A stretch of 64,000 nt of DNA from Curvularia clavata. Taxonomy: Eukaryota. How positions within the stretch are numbered: the stretch's first letter is position 1; the number at the start of each line of letters is the position of its first letter. The stretch covers positions 2,418,001 through 2,482,000 of the forward strand of contig CP089277.1 of NCBI GenBank assembly GCA_023920165.1, read 5' to 3'. The notes beneath the pieces are model-generated. The model was not told the origin of the DNA and made no database searches. It saw only the letters and a list, made by a program, of their open reading frames with translations. Positions 1-12,129 of the stretch are shown here, in pieces. The position numbers were made by a program, and so were the translations under genes.

Positions 1-2190
1 TGTTTGTCAAACGGCAAGGGTCAACGTGGAGATGCCATCATGTTTGCTTACGTCGAGAACGATGGCCGAGTCATGGAGCAGGGTCGGTTAGTCGACATGC
101 GGCTGGGTAATACTGAACGCGGTATTCCTGAAGGACAAGATATTGCAAAGCTGGTCGATGTCATTGCGCGTCGACGTCCAGATGTCATTGGTGTCAGCGG
201 CTTCTCGGTTGAAACACGCAAGCTGTACAAGGACATTCAGGAAATCATCAGCCAGCGAGGCCTGACCGGTCCTGCGTACGAAGATGAGGATACCGGCGAG
301 GAGAGAAACGAACCTCTGGAGGTTATCATGGTCAATGATGAGGTTGCTCGCCTGTATCACACCAGTGCACGAGCGGCTGCCGAGTTTCCAAAGTATCCTG
401 CGCTTACAAGATACTGCATTGCTCTCGGAAGGTATCTGCAAAACCCACTCGCTGAGTACGCATCACTTGGCCGAGACATTGTTTCAATACCCTTCATACC
501 CAACCAGACCTTGATACCGCAGGAGAAACTTCTGGATCGACTAGATACTGCCATGGTTGACATGGTCAATCTTGTTGGTATTGACTTGCCGGAAACTTAT
601 GACGACAAGTACTTGTCAAAACTTATACCCTATGTGTGCGGTTTGGGACCTCGTAAAGCTGACCGGCTGATTAAGGCCATTCAGGCCAACAGCGACGAGA
701 TTCTCTCACGTTTCGATCTCCTTGGTGTATCAGAGTCGCGCGACCTCAAAGCAGCTATGGGTCCCAAGGTTTTCCAGAACTGCGCCAGCTTCCTGTACAT
801 CCCATACGACCCGACCGAAGAGTCATCTGACTACCTAGACTACACGCGTGTGCATCCTGAAGACTATGACCTGGCGCGAAAGATGGTTGCCGATGCCTTG
901 AACATGGACGAGGAGGATGTCAAGGCAGAGACTGACGAGGGCGGTCCTAGCGCTGTTGTCAGAAAGATGGTGCGAGAGGAAACCACCGATCTCGTCAACG
1001 ACCTGGCTCTGGAAGACTATGCCGCCGAAATTGAAAGGAATTTTGGACAGCGTAAGCGTGCCACTCTCGAAACCATCCGAGCCGAACTCGACAACCCGTA
1101 CGAAGAAATTCGCCAAATTTTTGCGCTGCTGTCCGGCGACGAAATGTTCACCATGTTGACTGGTGAGACGAAAGAGTCGCTCTACGAAGGCATGGTGGTT
1201 CCTGTTACCATCAAGCGCACGTTCCCCGATCATATTGAAGTCAAGCTGGAGTGCGGAATCGAAGGTGGTGTCTCTGAGTCAGAGTTCCCAGAGGGCGTTG
1301 GCAGCGGTGGACAGGAGCCTCGTCACGTCTACTCAAGTCACCAGATTGTGCGCGCACGTATTGTATATCTCAACCGGAAAGCACTTACAGCACAGTTGTC
1401 TCTCCGAGACGATCTCATTCGGCAACCGCAAAAGAAGCCTTACGACCGCGCCGCTGGCGAGTGGGACGAGGCCCAAGAAGCACAGGACAAAAAGGCGGCC
1501 GAGAAGGAGAAGGAGGTCGCGTCTGGCCGACCTAACCGTGTCGTCAACCACCCTCTTTTCTTTTCCTTCAACACGATCCAAGCAGAGGAATACCTCGGTG
1601 GTAAGGAGACTGGCGATCTTGTCATTCGTCCATCGTCCAAGGGTTTTGATCACTTGGTCGTGACATGGAAGGTCTCTAACAATGCCTACCAACATCTTGA
1701 CGTGCTCGAGATGAACAAGCCGAACCAGTTCTCATTGGGCAAGCAGCTCAAGATTGGAAAGCACACATACTCTGATCTTGACGAACTGATTGTCAACCAT
1801 GTCGAGGCCATGGCACGCAAGGTTACGGAGCTGACCCGAGACGAGCGATTCCAGCCTGGTACTCGGGAAGATACTGGTATGTTGACGATACCGATTAATT
1901 CTTGAGAACGTATAGCTAACTTCTTGCGTGTAGAAAAATGGCTAGAGAACTACTGCGAGGCCAACCCGTCGCGGTCCATGTACGCGTTCTGCAGCATGCC
2001 CAAATATCCTGGACACTTTTGGATTTGCTTCCAGATGAGCGCCAAGGGACCCAAGGGCGCGTGGGGCATCAAAGTGGTTCCGAATGCGTTTGAGCTGCAG
2101 AAGCACGTTTACCCTGACATGATTGCACTGAAGAATGGATTCAAGATGTTGGTTAGCGCGGCGGCTAGCAAGGGACCTGGTAGGCGGTAG
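1..2190 (+). CDS. SPT6: Transcription elongation factor/histone chaperone Spt6 (5'-truncated by window edge; intron 1877-1933)
   Basis: YqgF-like region (RRPDVIGVSG, VNDEVARLY), HhH region (GLGPRKA, LDYTRVHPEDY), S1 domain and tandem SH2 (GDLVIRPSSKG, LVVTWKV). Intron GTATGT...GCTAAC...TAG joins ORF 4-1905 to the last exon EKWLENYCEANP. Confidence 0.96.
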
Positions 2191-4072
2191 AGGACATCTC
2201 TTGAAGAGAGAGAAAAAGCAGTTTGTGCGAGTTTGGTGGCCTGTTCTACTATAATTAAGGGCCAGTTTTTGGTAATATGTATACCTAGTTTCATGTTTGT
2301 TTGTCTGGTGTTTTTTTTATCACCTTGGCTCCTGTGCTGCGAATATTTGATTCTGGGGTCTCGAATGCGGACCTCAATTACTGGGGACTTTCTTTTCTGC
2401 TTGGGAAATAAAAGGATATCACAAACAAAAAAAGACATTCACAAGCAAGCATAGTATATCCAACTTAACTCGAGAGAGCCGACGCATTGAGGCGAACTTT
2501 GTATATTAGAATGCCAGCCGCTAGAAATCATACCTATATTTTCCCTCGCTACATGCTTACTATGTAGACAAGAAACTATTGAGTCAAAGCACCAATTGCC
2601 ATCTAGACCGCCGGACCTTCCTCCGCCTCAGGGTAAAAATACCCCCTTTGCTCAGCCGCCATCTAGGCCTCGCCATGCCTCCAGAAGAAAAAACGGCCCT
2701 TTTCTCATCGTTTCACAGAGTCATGTCCACACACACGTGGTACCTTTTTCTGCCACAAAAGCCCAGACACACGGGTGTAGATGTACCTGGTATCCACGAG
2801 ACCAGAAAGTAATACATGGGGCAACTAAGGTAAATGCGCACGTTCACGCGTGCACGTTTACGCGGGGAAAATCAGGTAGCCACATAATAGCACGAGTCAA
2901 AAAGGAGAGTCTGGGGGGTTCACCTAGCCAGCCAGCCAGCCTTGCCTAGCATAGGCATTCCGCCTCTTTCATTCGACAAAGCATTGGTCTGTGGTATAGT
3001 CACAATAGTCACGCGTCCCTACAAACGGCTTCATTCCGCGTTTTAGGTTAGATTAAGCGAGGCGAGATGTGTCCGTATCCGAGGCTGTGTCCATTCTCTG
3101 CGGTTACTTTTTTGGGAATGCTGAGGGGGGAAGGGGTCTAGAAGATGGGCTTGTTTGAAAGCGGGGCGGGGAAGAGACGGCATAGGTGTGGGTACTTTCT
3201 GTAGTTTTTTTTTCCTTGGCTTGGCCTTGATTTTTGTGGCTGTGAGGTGTGAGGTGTGGGGTGGGACATGTATACTTGAAGTTTTTTTTTTCTTGGTAGA
3301 AATTTTCTTGGTTTGGGTTTTTGGGCGTGTAAGGAGGGGAGGGAGGTGATGTGTCCTTGTGGCAGCACCTCTAATGGTAGAGCTTGAGGTTCAGCTTCCA
3401 TGATATACCTCACATGGTGCACCTCTACACTAACCAATGATTTCTACAGCACTTTGTGCACAGAGCACTGACTCAATTCCATAGGTCGAGCTTCCAGTTC
3501 TGCCAAGACATGAAGAACCACGCGTTGAGCCATACCACGTGTCGTAATGCGAGTAGAAATGCAGTCAAGGGAGATAGTCACATTTCCATCACATCAGCCA
3601 ATACAAGTGCAGAAATAATGTAAATATTAAGCCCTATGTAGTTGTCACCAACCACAATAGGTATTGAATTTCGTCGTAACTAAAACTATAGGGTATGCAA
3701 TCCTCCGCCTACGCATATAACCCCCCAAGTGAAAAACAAAAGTAGTCAAGGCCCTCTCTTCGTAAGAGCAGGACAAGTGGTGTCCGGGTATCAAGAAAAA
3801 GAGGCTTTTGTTGATGACCGGAGGTTGGCTCCTGGCTCCTCGATGGTTGTGTGTGTGGTTGAGTGTCGTGAGATGAAAGAAACAAAAAACAAAGAACTTT
3901 TTTTCGTGATAGTGAAGAGGGTGGTTATACAGTCGGAGGCTGTAATGCTCCAGAAACGCCGTGCCAAATGGGGTAATATGCTTCGATGAGAGAATCAGGA
4001 CCAGCTCTCAAACCGCGGTCGTATTGAATAGTGACAAAGAAGTGAAGTTGAAGTAAAGGAAGGCATGGCTCT

Positions 4073-4537
4073 CTAGTGAGAGAATTGCCTGCTGAGGCGC
4101 TGCCATGCCTGCTCGACACTCCTTCGGACGCCATCCTTTTCGCTCTCGACACTCGAGGAGCTAGAGGCGGAAGAGGCGGAGCTCTGTCGGTAGCATCGGG
4201 GCTTCATCTCGTCGACGAGGTTGCCGGCTCCGCCACGGCCGATGTGGTAGACAGGGGCTTGCTGGGAGCGCAGACGCTCTTGCTGTTGGAGCTCCTCATC
4301 GAAGCTGAAGATGGCGCGTTCCGACTTCCTCATGTTGCCGGCACCGCCACGGCCAGTAGCATAAGTGGCATTGGATGGTGGAGGAGGCAGTTTGGCGCGG
4401 GATGCTGGGCCAGAGGCAGTTGGGCCGGGGGTGATTTCAGTAGGCTTGATACGCATGGCGTTGCCAGCACCGCCGCGGCCAGAATACATGTAGTTGGAGG
4501 CGGATGGGTGTGGCTCGTTGATGCGGAAGTTGACCAT
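4073..4537 (-). CDS. DUF3602 / Par32-like protein with GRGGAGN repeats (154 aa)
   Basis: Three GRGGAGN motifs. ATG at 4537 in AAAATGG context, TATA-like TTATATAAA about 145 bp upstream (4682-4690). Confidence 0.85.
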   Translation of the reverse strand: MVNFRINEPHPSASNYMYSGRGGAGNAMRIKPTEITPGPTASGPASRAKLPPPPSNATYATGRGGAGNMRKSERAIFSFDEELQQQERLRSQQAPVYHIGRGGAGNLVDEMKPRCYRQSSASSASSSSSVESEKDGVRRSVEQAWQRLSRQFSH

Positions 4538-6250
4538 TTTGGCGGTGGTGTGTGTGGATTGAGAGAGGGATGGACTAATCAAGCCAAGTAGTAATTGGTA
4601 ATTGTAGACAAAGCTGGGGTAGAAGCGTCGTTTGGGGTAGCAAAGGTGCAGCTGGGTCAGTAGAGGATTTGGGGCAGAGGGTTTATATAACAAAATGAGT
4701 CGCACTGATCACGATGTCCTTTTCACCCTTTCTCAGCTGCAAGGCCGGGGATGGTGCAAGGCCGGCATGGGCAGACTACCAGAATTTTCGGCGCCACGCA
4801 ACGAACCAAAAAGGCACGAGGCGGCGTCCAAGGGCTTGGAAGTCTGAGCGAGACTTTGCAGTTAACGGCAACCGAGAGATCATGCGTGGCCTGGGTAGGA
4901 ATTTTCAGAGGGCCATGAATAGTTTACCATTACCCCCTCAAAATGCGCTGATTGGCCAGAGCGAGTTTTTCGGGGGTAAGAGATTGCCAGGGGAAAAGGT
5001 CAGGTGCAGCGGCGACGACGCAGAGGCGCGATCGAGCCCCATTACGCCATGGCAGCACCGGACCCAGGCTCCGCATCAGTGCAGCACAAAGTGTGGAGGC
5101 GGGAAGAGAGAAATTTGTGCTGGCTAGCTCCGCCTTTGCCGTCATCCAGTGCAATGCTGTGACGGTGCCTGGCAGCGAGTGGTGAGGGAGAGAAGGCAAT
5201 GCTGACTGTCTCTGGTCGGCCTGTCGTACCGGCTTGGTCGGTCTGACCTCATGCATTTTGTTGCTCTTGCGTTGCCTCCTTTGCAGCCGTCATTTTCCTT
5301 TTGTGCTCTCATCTGCTGACCGACCACGCACACGTCAAGCCCGAGCTCCGACTGAGGCGAGCTGCGCATGACGTCGAGCATCGTGACGTCTGGGCGACGA
5401 TGGTGACCCAACCGACGTACATACGTGTCCCGGGCATTCCAAGTCATCAGGTACCTGCAGCGCCCCGCCCAAGCTGTGGCAGGCCGGGGGTCGTCTGTTG
5501 TGCGGTGCATTGCATGAGTGCTGGGTGTGTGTCGCGATGCATGACTCTCATGACACCATTGTCGACGACATTTTCACGATGCTTGGCACGCGCGCCTCGC
5601 CCTCAGCAGTCTCGTCGCCCTCCGCCGCCGCGGCTCTCTCGCTCTAGCCGCCCTGGCACACCACCACACGACCACACACGGCCCCCCGCCTCTGCGCCCG
5701 TCCGACCCAAGCTTTGGATTGTATTCTGCACGGCTGGGCGTCTGCAGCGTCTGCAAACTAGTGTTCATTCTTGCCTTGTTGCTTCTCGACTCTCTGTAAT
5801 CAATTGGGGTATTCCGAAGCGCTCACAAACGCCGCTCATGCATCATCATCCCTCGAATCCCCTCAGTCTCCTCGTACAAGTTACATAACCCCCCTCCCCA
5901 ACCTCCGACGCGCTTAAGTAACAGAAACGCTCTGAAATGCGGGGGAGAACAGGCTACTCCAGTAGCTCTCCCGTTCAGGAGCCACGCTTACCGGCTGACA
6001 CGTAGATCTGCCTTGGTCCAACCAACCCATCCTCCACGCCCCGGCGCTGGCCCATCATCCTTGGCCTGACCCCAGCTGCCGCATTCCCATTTCCATGACT
6101 AACTGCAACCGCTCTACTCCCCACTCATCATGCCAATTGACCGCGGGGGGACGGCCAAACTGCTATGCTGATGCTGCTGCTGCTGTTCCTGTTGCTGCGG
6201 CCACGGCCACGGCCACTCCCACTGCCGCTGCCGCTACACAGCGTTACTGC

Positions 6251-7578
6251 TTATGCGAATTTTGTATGGATTATGTCCGGGTTCTCCTGCCACTCGTCCT
6301 TTTCTACCCACATCTGCATCCCTTGGTCAGCTTTCTCATATCCCCCTTGGGCTCTTTCTGCAACTTACCTTTTTGAACGTGCTCAGTCCCGCCAGAATGC
6401 TTCCGCCAGTCCACGTCGTGTAGATGCGCTCTGGCGGTGCTAAGATCTTGATCCTCATGTCCTTCACCGCCAGTCGCTGCACCTCGTGGAGCAGTCGGTT
6501 GCCGAACCCCTTTGTCAGTGTAGACCCACCGGACAGCACAATGTTGCCGTATAGCGCCTTTCTCAGGTCCATGTCGGTTCGGTGAATTGCCTCCACCACA
6601 ATCTGGTGCACGCCGGGATATTCTAGACCAATGATCTCTGGGTTAAAGAGGATTTCGGGAGCTCGGAAGCGTTCCGCTCCCACCTAGGCCCCGTCAGTTA
6701 GTCTGCCACAAAAAAGCTGCATGCTTCGTGTACAACGCACCTTGAGCTTTTGACCATCCGGAAGCGTGTAGTCGACGCTCTTGCCTTCTGACCTCGACGA
6801 CCCAGACCAGTCCTTTTCCTCTTTGGCAGGGTCGAGTGCCACATAGCCTGTCGCCTCTTTGATGTTCTTGACCGTCTCTTTTTCTGCGCTCGTGTGGAAG
6901 ATACGTCCACTTTTCCTGAGCAGTTGCTGCAAATGCTCTGTGACGTCTCTGCCTGCCACATCGATCCTCCGGATACTGTTAGGTATCGCGAATCCTTGGA
7001 AGACAGGTACCGCATGCGACACACCGTCTCCCGAGTCTAGTACGAGACCTGTCGTCTTGCCAGATGCGTATAGCGACAGCACGGCTTGGACTGACGAGTA
7101 CAACGCAGGCACATTGAATGTCTCAAACAGAATCTGTGCAGCTGTGTCACGGTTCTCGCGTGGATTCAGCGGAGGCTCAGTGAGCAGTACTGGGTGCTAG
7201 AAATCGATAGTCAGCTTCATGCCCCTCCACAGTCGCAGATGCTTGCCTATCCCCCAATTCTCACACACTCACATCTTCGCTGACAGTCCTCAACCCTTCT
7301 GTGTAGACGTATTGCCATATCCTCTCCATATCATCCCAGTCTGTGACAATGCCGTGCTCCAATGGGTAGTTGATCTTGAACAGCCCCCTGTACTGCTGTG
7401 CTTGCGGCCCTATGAATACGTCTCCCTCCAATGCGCCTGCCATGGTCCGCACATGCTTCGGCCGCCCTACATACGACGGGAAGAAGCATTTTGGCACATC
7501 TTCGCCAGCGAACCCGGCTCGAATGGTGCCGCTGCCGTTGTCTATCACAATCGGGGCATTGTGTAATCGAGAGCCCAT
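6251..7578 (-). CDS. ARP1: Actin-related protein 1 (centractin, dynactin filament subunit), 4 exons
   Basis: [67 protein letters not shown]. Last exon [20 protein letters not shown] read by eye at about 6313-6251. Confidence 0.93.
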
Positions 7579-7974
7579 GGCGGGGATTTACGGTGGTCGA
7601 CGGGCCCGAGAGTTTACGATTGCGAGCTTGATTCGGCGATGGGAGTAGGGTGGGCGGTTGGTGTGGCGGGGCAGAAACCTGGTGTCGTGGCTTCCCCAGT
7701 CGGAGCTCTTGCTGTATCGCGAAAGTTCACGACGCGCTTCGGCACTGCAGGGGTCTCACCGCATCACGTGCTAGTGCCTGACGATACGCAGCGGCCACGA
7801 TTGTTTGTTTCTCATCCTTCTCACACATAAGCACTGGTGAACTCATTTAATCTGTTGCCTAAATCCTGTGAAATTACAATATCCGGCTTTGTCGTCGACC
7901 GACTAACGTCTCTATGAACCCCGTATCAGCCTGGCATCCTATTATACACTGCTGCCTGGGCGTACTCTAGACAG

Positions 7975-9111
7975 ATGTATTTAACACTGGCCAGAATCTC
8001 TACCTATCCATTGCGTACTCGCGCACCTGCAATATCCTTTAGATCTATTCTTAGGACCATGTCTTCCGCAAACCTCGCTCTGCATATGGAGGCTCTCCAT
8101 GGTGCCCTGAATTCGAACCTTCAAAAGGTCCAAGAACCCTTGTGCAAGCCCAGACCCCAGGACTACTACTGCATATCTTCAGGGAACAGCTGGCAGCCGG
8201 CTCGAGCAGATCGGTTACCTGCATCCAACTCCTCTCTGCCAGCCCTGCATAACAGAAACATCCGTCTAATTTCCTGGAACATCGATGTCCTAATCCCATT
8301 TGCTGAGGAGCGCATGGGTGCCGCATTGGATTATCTCAACGAAGTTGTATCATCAACGCCACCAAATACCGCTATCATTATACTGTTCCAAGAGATGGGT
8401 GCATCCGACATGAGGCAGATACGAGAAAGATTGTGGGTAAAAGAGCGCTTTCATCTTACCGACATGGACGGAAAGAACTGGCCAGAATCTTACTACGGTA
8501 CGACGATGCTAGTAGACCGGCGTTTGAAGATTGACTCGGTCTTCCGTGTGCCATGGTATAGCAAATTCGGTAGAGATGGCTTGTTCGTCGACATTCGCCT
8601 TTCGAACAAGGTCGACCCCCATGCTGCTAATAACAAGTTGCGGGTTTGCAACACCCATCTAGAATCGTTGGTAGCCGACCCGCCAATCCGCCCAATGCAG
8701 TTGGCAACCGCCAGCAAATATCTCAGCCAAAGCGACGTCTCGTGTGGTATAGTGGCAGGTGACTTCAACGCTATACAGCCCTTTGATCAAACACTGCACC
8801 TAGAAAACAATCTCAGAGATGCTTATCTTGAGTGCGGTGGCAGTGAAGATAGCGAGCAGGGAAACACATGGGGCTACCAGAGCCCGCTAGCTGTTAGAGA
8901 GAGATTTCCGTGCCGCAGAATGGACAAGGTATTTTGCAGGGGCTCTATACAAGCGACAGATTTTAGCAGAATCGGCATCGACGTCAAGGTAGCGGAAGAG
9001 CATAGGGAAATGATGCGAGAAGCTGGGAGTCTGGAGTGGGTTACGGATCACTATGGCATCATGGCAGATTTTACATTGCTCGGTGATGGGGAGTTGAGTG
9101 AGGCAGGATAG
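7975..9111 (+). CDS. Endonuclease/exonuclease/phosphatase (EEP) family protein, TDP2-like
   Basis: EEP motifs in order: ISWNID, LFQE, NTHLES, AGDFN, RRMDKV, TDHYG. Single exon, 378 aa. Confidence 0.85.
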   Translation: MYLTLARISTYPLRTRAPAISFRSILRTMSSANLALHMEALHGALNSNLQKVQEPLCKPRPQDYYCISSGNSWQPARADRLPASNSSLPALHNRNIRLISWNIDVLIPFAEERMGAALDYLNEVVSSTPPNTAIIILFQEMGASDMRQIRERLWVKERFHLTDMDGKNWPESYYGTTMLVDRRLKIDSVFRVPWYSKFGRDGLFVDIRLSNKVDPHAANNKLRVCNTHLESLVADPPIRPMQLATASKYLSQSDVSCGIVAGDFNAIQPFDQTLHLENNLRDAYLECGGSEDSEQGNTWGYQSPLAVRERFPCRRMDKVFCRGSIQATDFSRIGIDVKVAEEHREMMREAGSLEWVTDHYGIMADFTLLGDGELSEAG

Positions 9112-9318
9112 TCAATAGTCAACTGCACCGTCACGCTTAACCTGAACTTCACAAAAAAAAACGATATGTTCAAACTCCTATGTTCGGTATCGCGAACAGT
9201 TCAGTATGACATAACCCAGAAGCCAGAGAGTCCGCCTTGAGCCCGCTCGAAAACAGGAATATATCAACCATACATGCGCCACCGTCTTCCAAGCCTCTAA
9301 ACATTCTCCGTTCAAACC

Positions 9319-10182
9319 TCACTTCAAGAACTGCAGCGGTCGCGGTTTGCCCCAGTGGTCACTAGGATTAAACCTCCAGCACCCAGTGTGCTTTCTCGCA
9401 AACCAATACGCATTCAAATACGGCACGAAAAATGGCAGCGGAGGAAAATGCTCGCTGCCTGGGTAATTTTTATCCAAACAACCCATGATGAGGGGTATAA
9501 CGAGATTCTGTTGAGAAATTCCTCGTTAGTATTAAAACTCCAGTTTTCACGTAAAATACAAGAGAGAGAGGGAGATGGATACGAAGGGTCTACTCACCGG
9601 ATCCGCCGTTTTACCCCCCTCATCCGCCGTATCCTTCATAGCCTTCTCAACCTGCTTAGAATCGCACTTGTCCAATCCAATCAACGTGTCAATCTCCTCA
9701 TGCAAATGAGTTGTCAAAAGCGGCGCGAACACATCAATCCGCCTCTTTAACTCCTCTCCATCATACTTCTCCTCGCCCGCAGCCACCGCCTTCGCCCACT
9801 TCACCATATCCGCCATCCCACCCTCGAACCCTTCATGCTGCGCCACGTTAGCCTGCATGTTGCAGGCTTGCCCCGCCTCAGCTGCCAGTTCCTCGATGCG
9901 CGGGAAGAAGTATTTTTCCTCGGCGGCGTGGTGGTGGTGAATGGTGTCGGCCCAAGCGGTGGTGTACAGCATCAGATCTGACACGTCCTTGGGGTCAGAG
10001 ACAAAGGGTGCTTGGTGGTAGATGGAGTTTAGACCGCGGAGGAGGAGATTGTGCACGCAGGCCATTTCAATGCATACGTGTAGGATACCTGGGTTCGTGC
10101 ATGTTGGAGCGCCCGGCTGCCCAGGGATCTTGAGCAAGGCGAAAGGCGTGTCTGCCCATGGTGTTGAGGGGTTAGATGCCAT
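9319..10182 (-). CDS. Hemerythrin/HHE cation-binding domain protein (2 exons; intron about 9508-9597)
   Basis: EMACVHNLLLRGLNSIY, HHHHAAEE, QHEGF, HLHEEI metal-ligand motifs. Second exon NLVIPLIMGCLD...WRFNPSDHWGKPRPLQFLK* follows a GTGAGT...CTAAC...CAG intron. Confidence 0.85.
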
Positions 10183-12129
10183 TTTCCCAAGAGTTTGTGG
10201 ATGAAGCTGCACGATGAACGGGGCTGGGTTAAGGCTGGTTTTCTACATGATGGTCTTGTACAATGCAATGGTACTCATCGCATAGTATGAATCTGCTTAT
10301 TGTTGGCGTTGCTCGCCTAACCCGTCTAGTGAGTAGATGCGATCCAATCATTCCATCTGTGCTGTACGAAACAGTAAGCAGTATCCTGCTTGTGGACAAA
10401 GGGCATCCTGCCTTATCGACGACATGCCTACTCTTCCATACTCGGGCGCTGATGGTTAATTCGGCGCCCTGCATACCCCATATAGCCAGCTCGCTTACGA
10501 AAGACTTGGCTATATGGAGGTTGAAAGCTGAATGCTTAGGTAAATCACGCTGCGTTAGTGTTAGGCATCCTCCATCCTAGCTCTGCGTAGTACCTCAGCA
10601 CCATGTAGAAGAAAATAGCGCAACTTAGAAATGCCCTTTACTCTGTATTGGCTTTACCTGCCATTATTGCGTATTTGATACTCCTTAAACTCATCGAAGT
10701 ATGTTTTTGATATCGGCAAGATACTCGCAAGGTTTGTTGCTAGATATTATCAGGTGGCGGTGGATTTCTTGGCCTGCAAAGTAGGGGAGATTTAGAGCAC
10801 CTGTGTGATTTTGGTGGGCTTGGGCCTACGCTGAGTCGCACTGTTTCTTTCAACCTGGTGCTACTATGTAAATAAACATAATGAATCGGTTATAGTCATT
10901 CACTCCCTCTGTCTTTAACAAGAAGGTCCGATGTTGTGACGTATAAGTTTTTCGGGCCGTTGAGATGTCATGACACCGCCAGAGCGAGAAATCATGCGCC
11001 CATAATTTCGGTTCCTAATCGGTTCATCCTGCTTGGTATCTAAACCACGTAGTTGTTCTTTTTTGGGCCATGGACCGTAGACAGGTGGACACGCGAGTGG
11101 TAGCTGTTGCCGCAAATGTTTCTGGTTCAAGTACCAAGTGTTCGCAGGTCAAAAAATAGATATGAGCGACGTATTGGTAGGCTGAATGGTTGTCTCACGT
11201 TCTTTTAAAGTCCTGCGCCAGCGGAATGGTGCGGGAGGATAGTAATTGATTGAGCCTCTTGGAAATGAAGGGAAGGTTAGTGGCTTGGCGGATGACACCC
11301 TTTTTCGGTCCTCATTGTTTCATCGACGTAGCCAAAATAGGTATTTCTCCACTGAATCACGGATTCCATGGTATCCACAGCTGTGAAAGGCGTCATTCTT
11401 TTCTCCTGTGACACGGACAGATGCATAAACCTGCGGTGACCCTGTATAGGAGAGATATCAGACTGCGAGAGGTGTTACAGGAGAACAGATGATAGAACGA
11501 CATGAACGCCATTCTACACAGACTGTCAGCTGATGTTGAGACTCGGTACCTTGGCTCAGGCACATCTGTCGATCATCTGGTGCAAGGACCATTACCCCAC
11601 ACACACTCCAGCCCCATTCATTCACTTGAACACCGCCTCAAGCCTGTGGATTGAAGGATAGGCCATCAATGCCGCTGCGTTTCAACAGCGCCGTCCCGCG
11701 TCACCGTTTACGGGCCCAGGCCCGATCCTCATTGCACAAGCACTCTTATGGACGGGTCGCTCTCGAAACAAACAAAACATGTGCAGCCTTTCGTCATCTT
11801 AACGGCGCACGACTCGTTGCTTCATCCCCACATCTAGCATGGATGAACACTCTCAATAGGTTGAGCCGAGACCATGCCCCTGCCCTAATTTCTCACCGTA
11901 TACTTAATATGTAAATCTGTCTGTCGCTGCGTAGGCTGCAGGGTCCTTTTTGCTCAAAGGTTGTCTCACCCAGGTTCTCACATTATCTTCATAACCGCCC
12001 TGGTTGGCTCGCATGCTGGAGTTTCGGTCTTTCCTTCACTTTTCTTTTTTGATTGTCTGAGCCAAAACACTTCATACCCGACTCCAACTACGATCACTCG
12101 TTCACCTCTTCGAACCTGCATCATCCAAC

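Noticed and set aside
3040..3056. CTAACCTAA resembling a telomerase RNA template
   Set aside because: Does not match the TAACCCTAA needed for TTAGGG repeats.
4076..4591. 171-aa antisense ORF over the DUF3602 gene
   Set aside because: Codon-bias shadow with a non-ATG start.
5301..5888. 195-aa Pro/Arg-rich ORF
   Set aside because: Non-ATG start in GC-rich regulatory DNA; no domain features.
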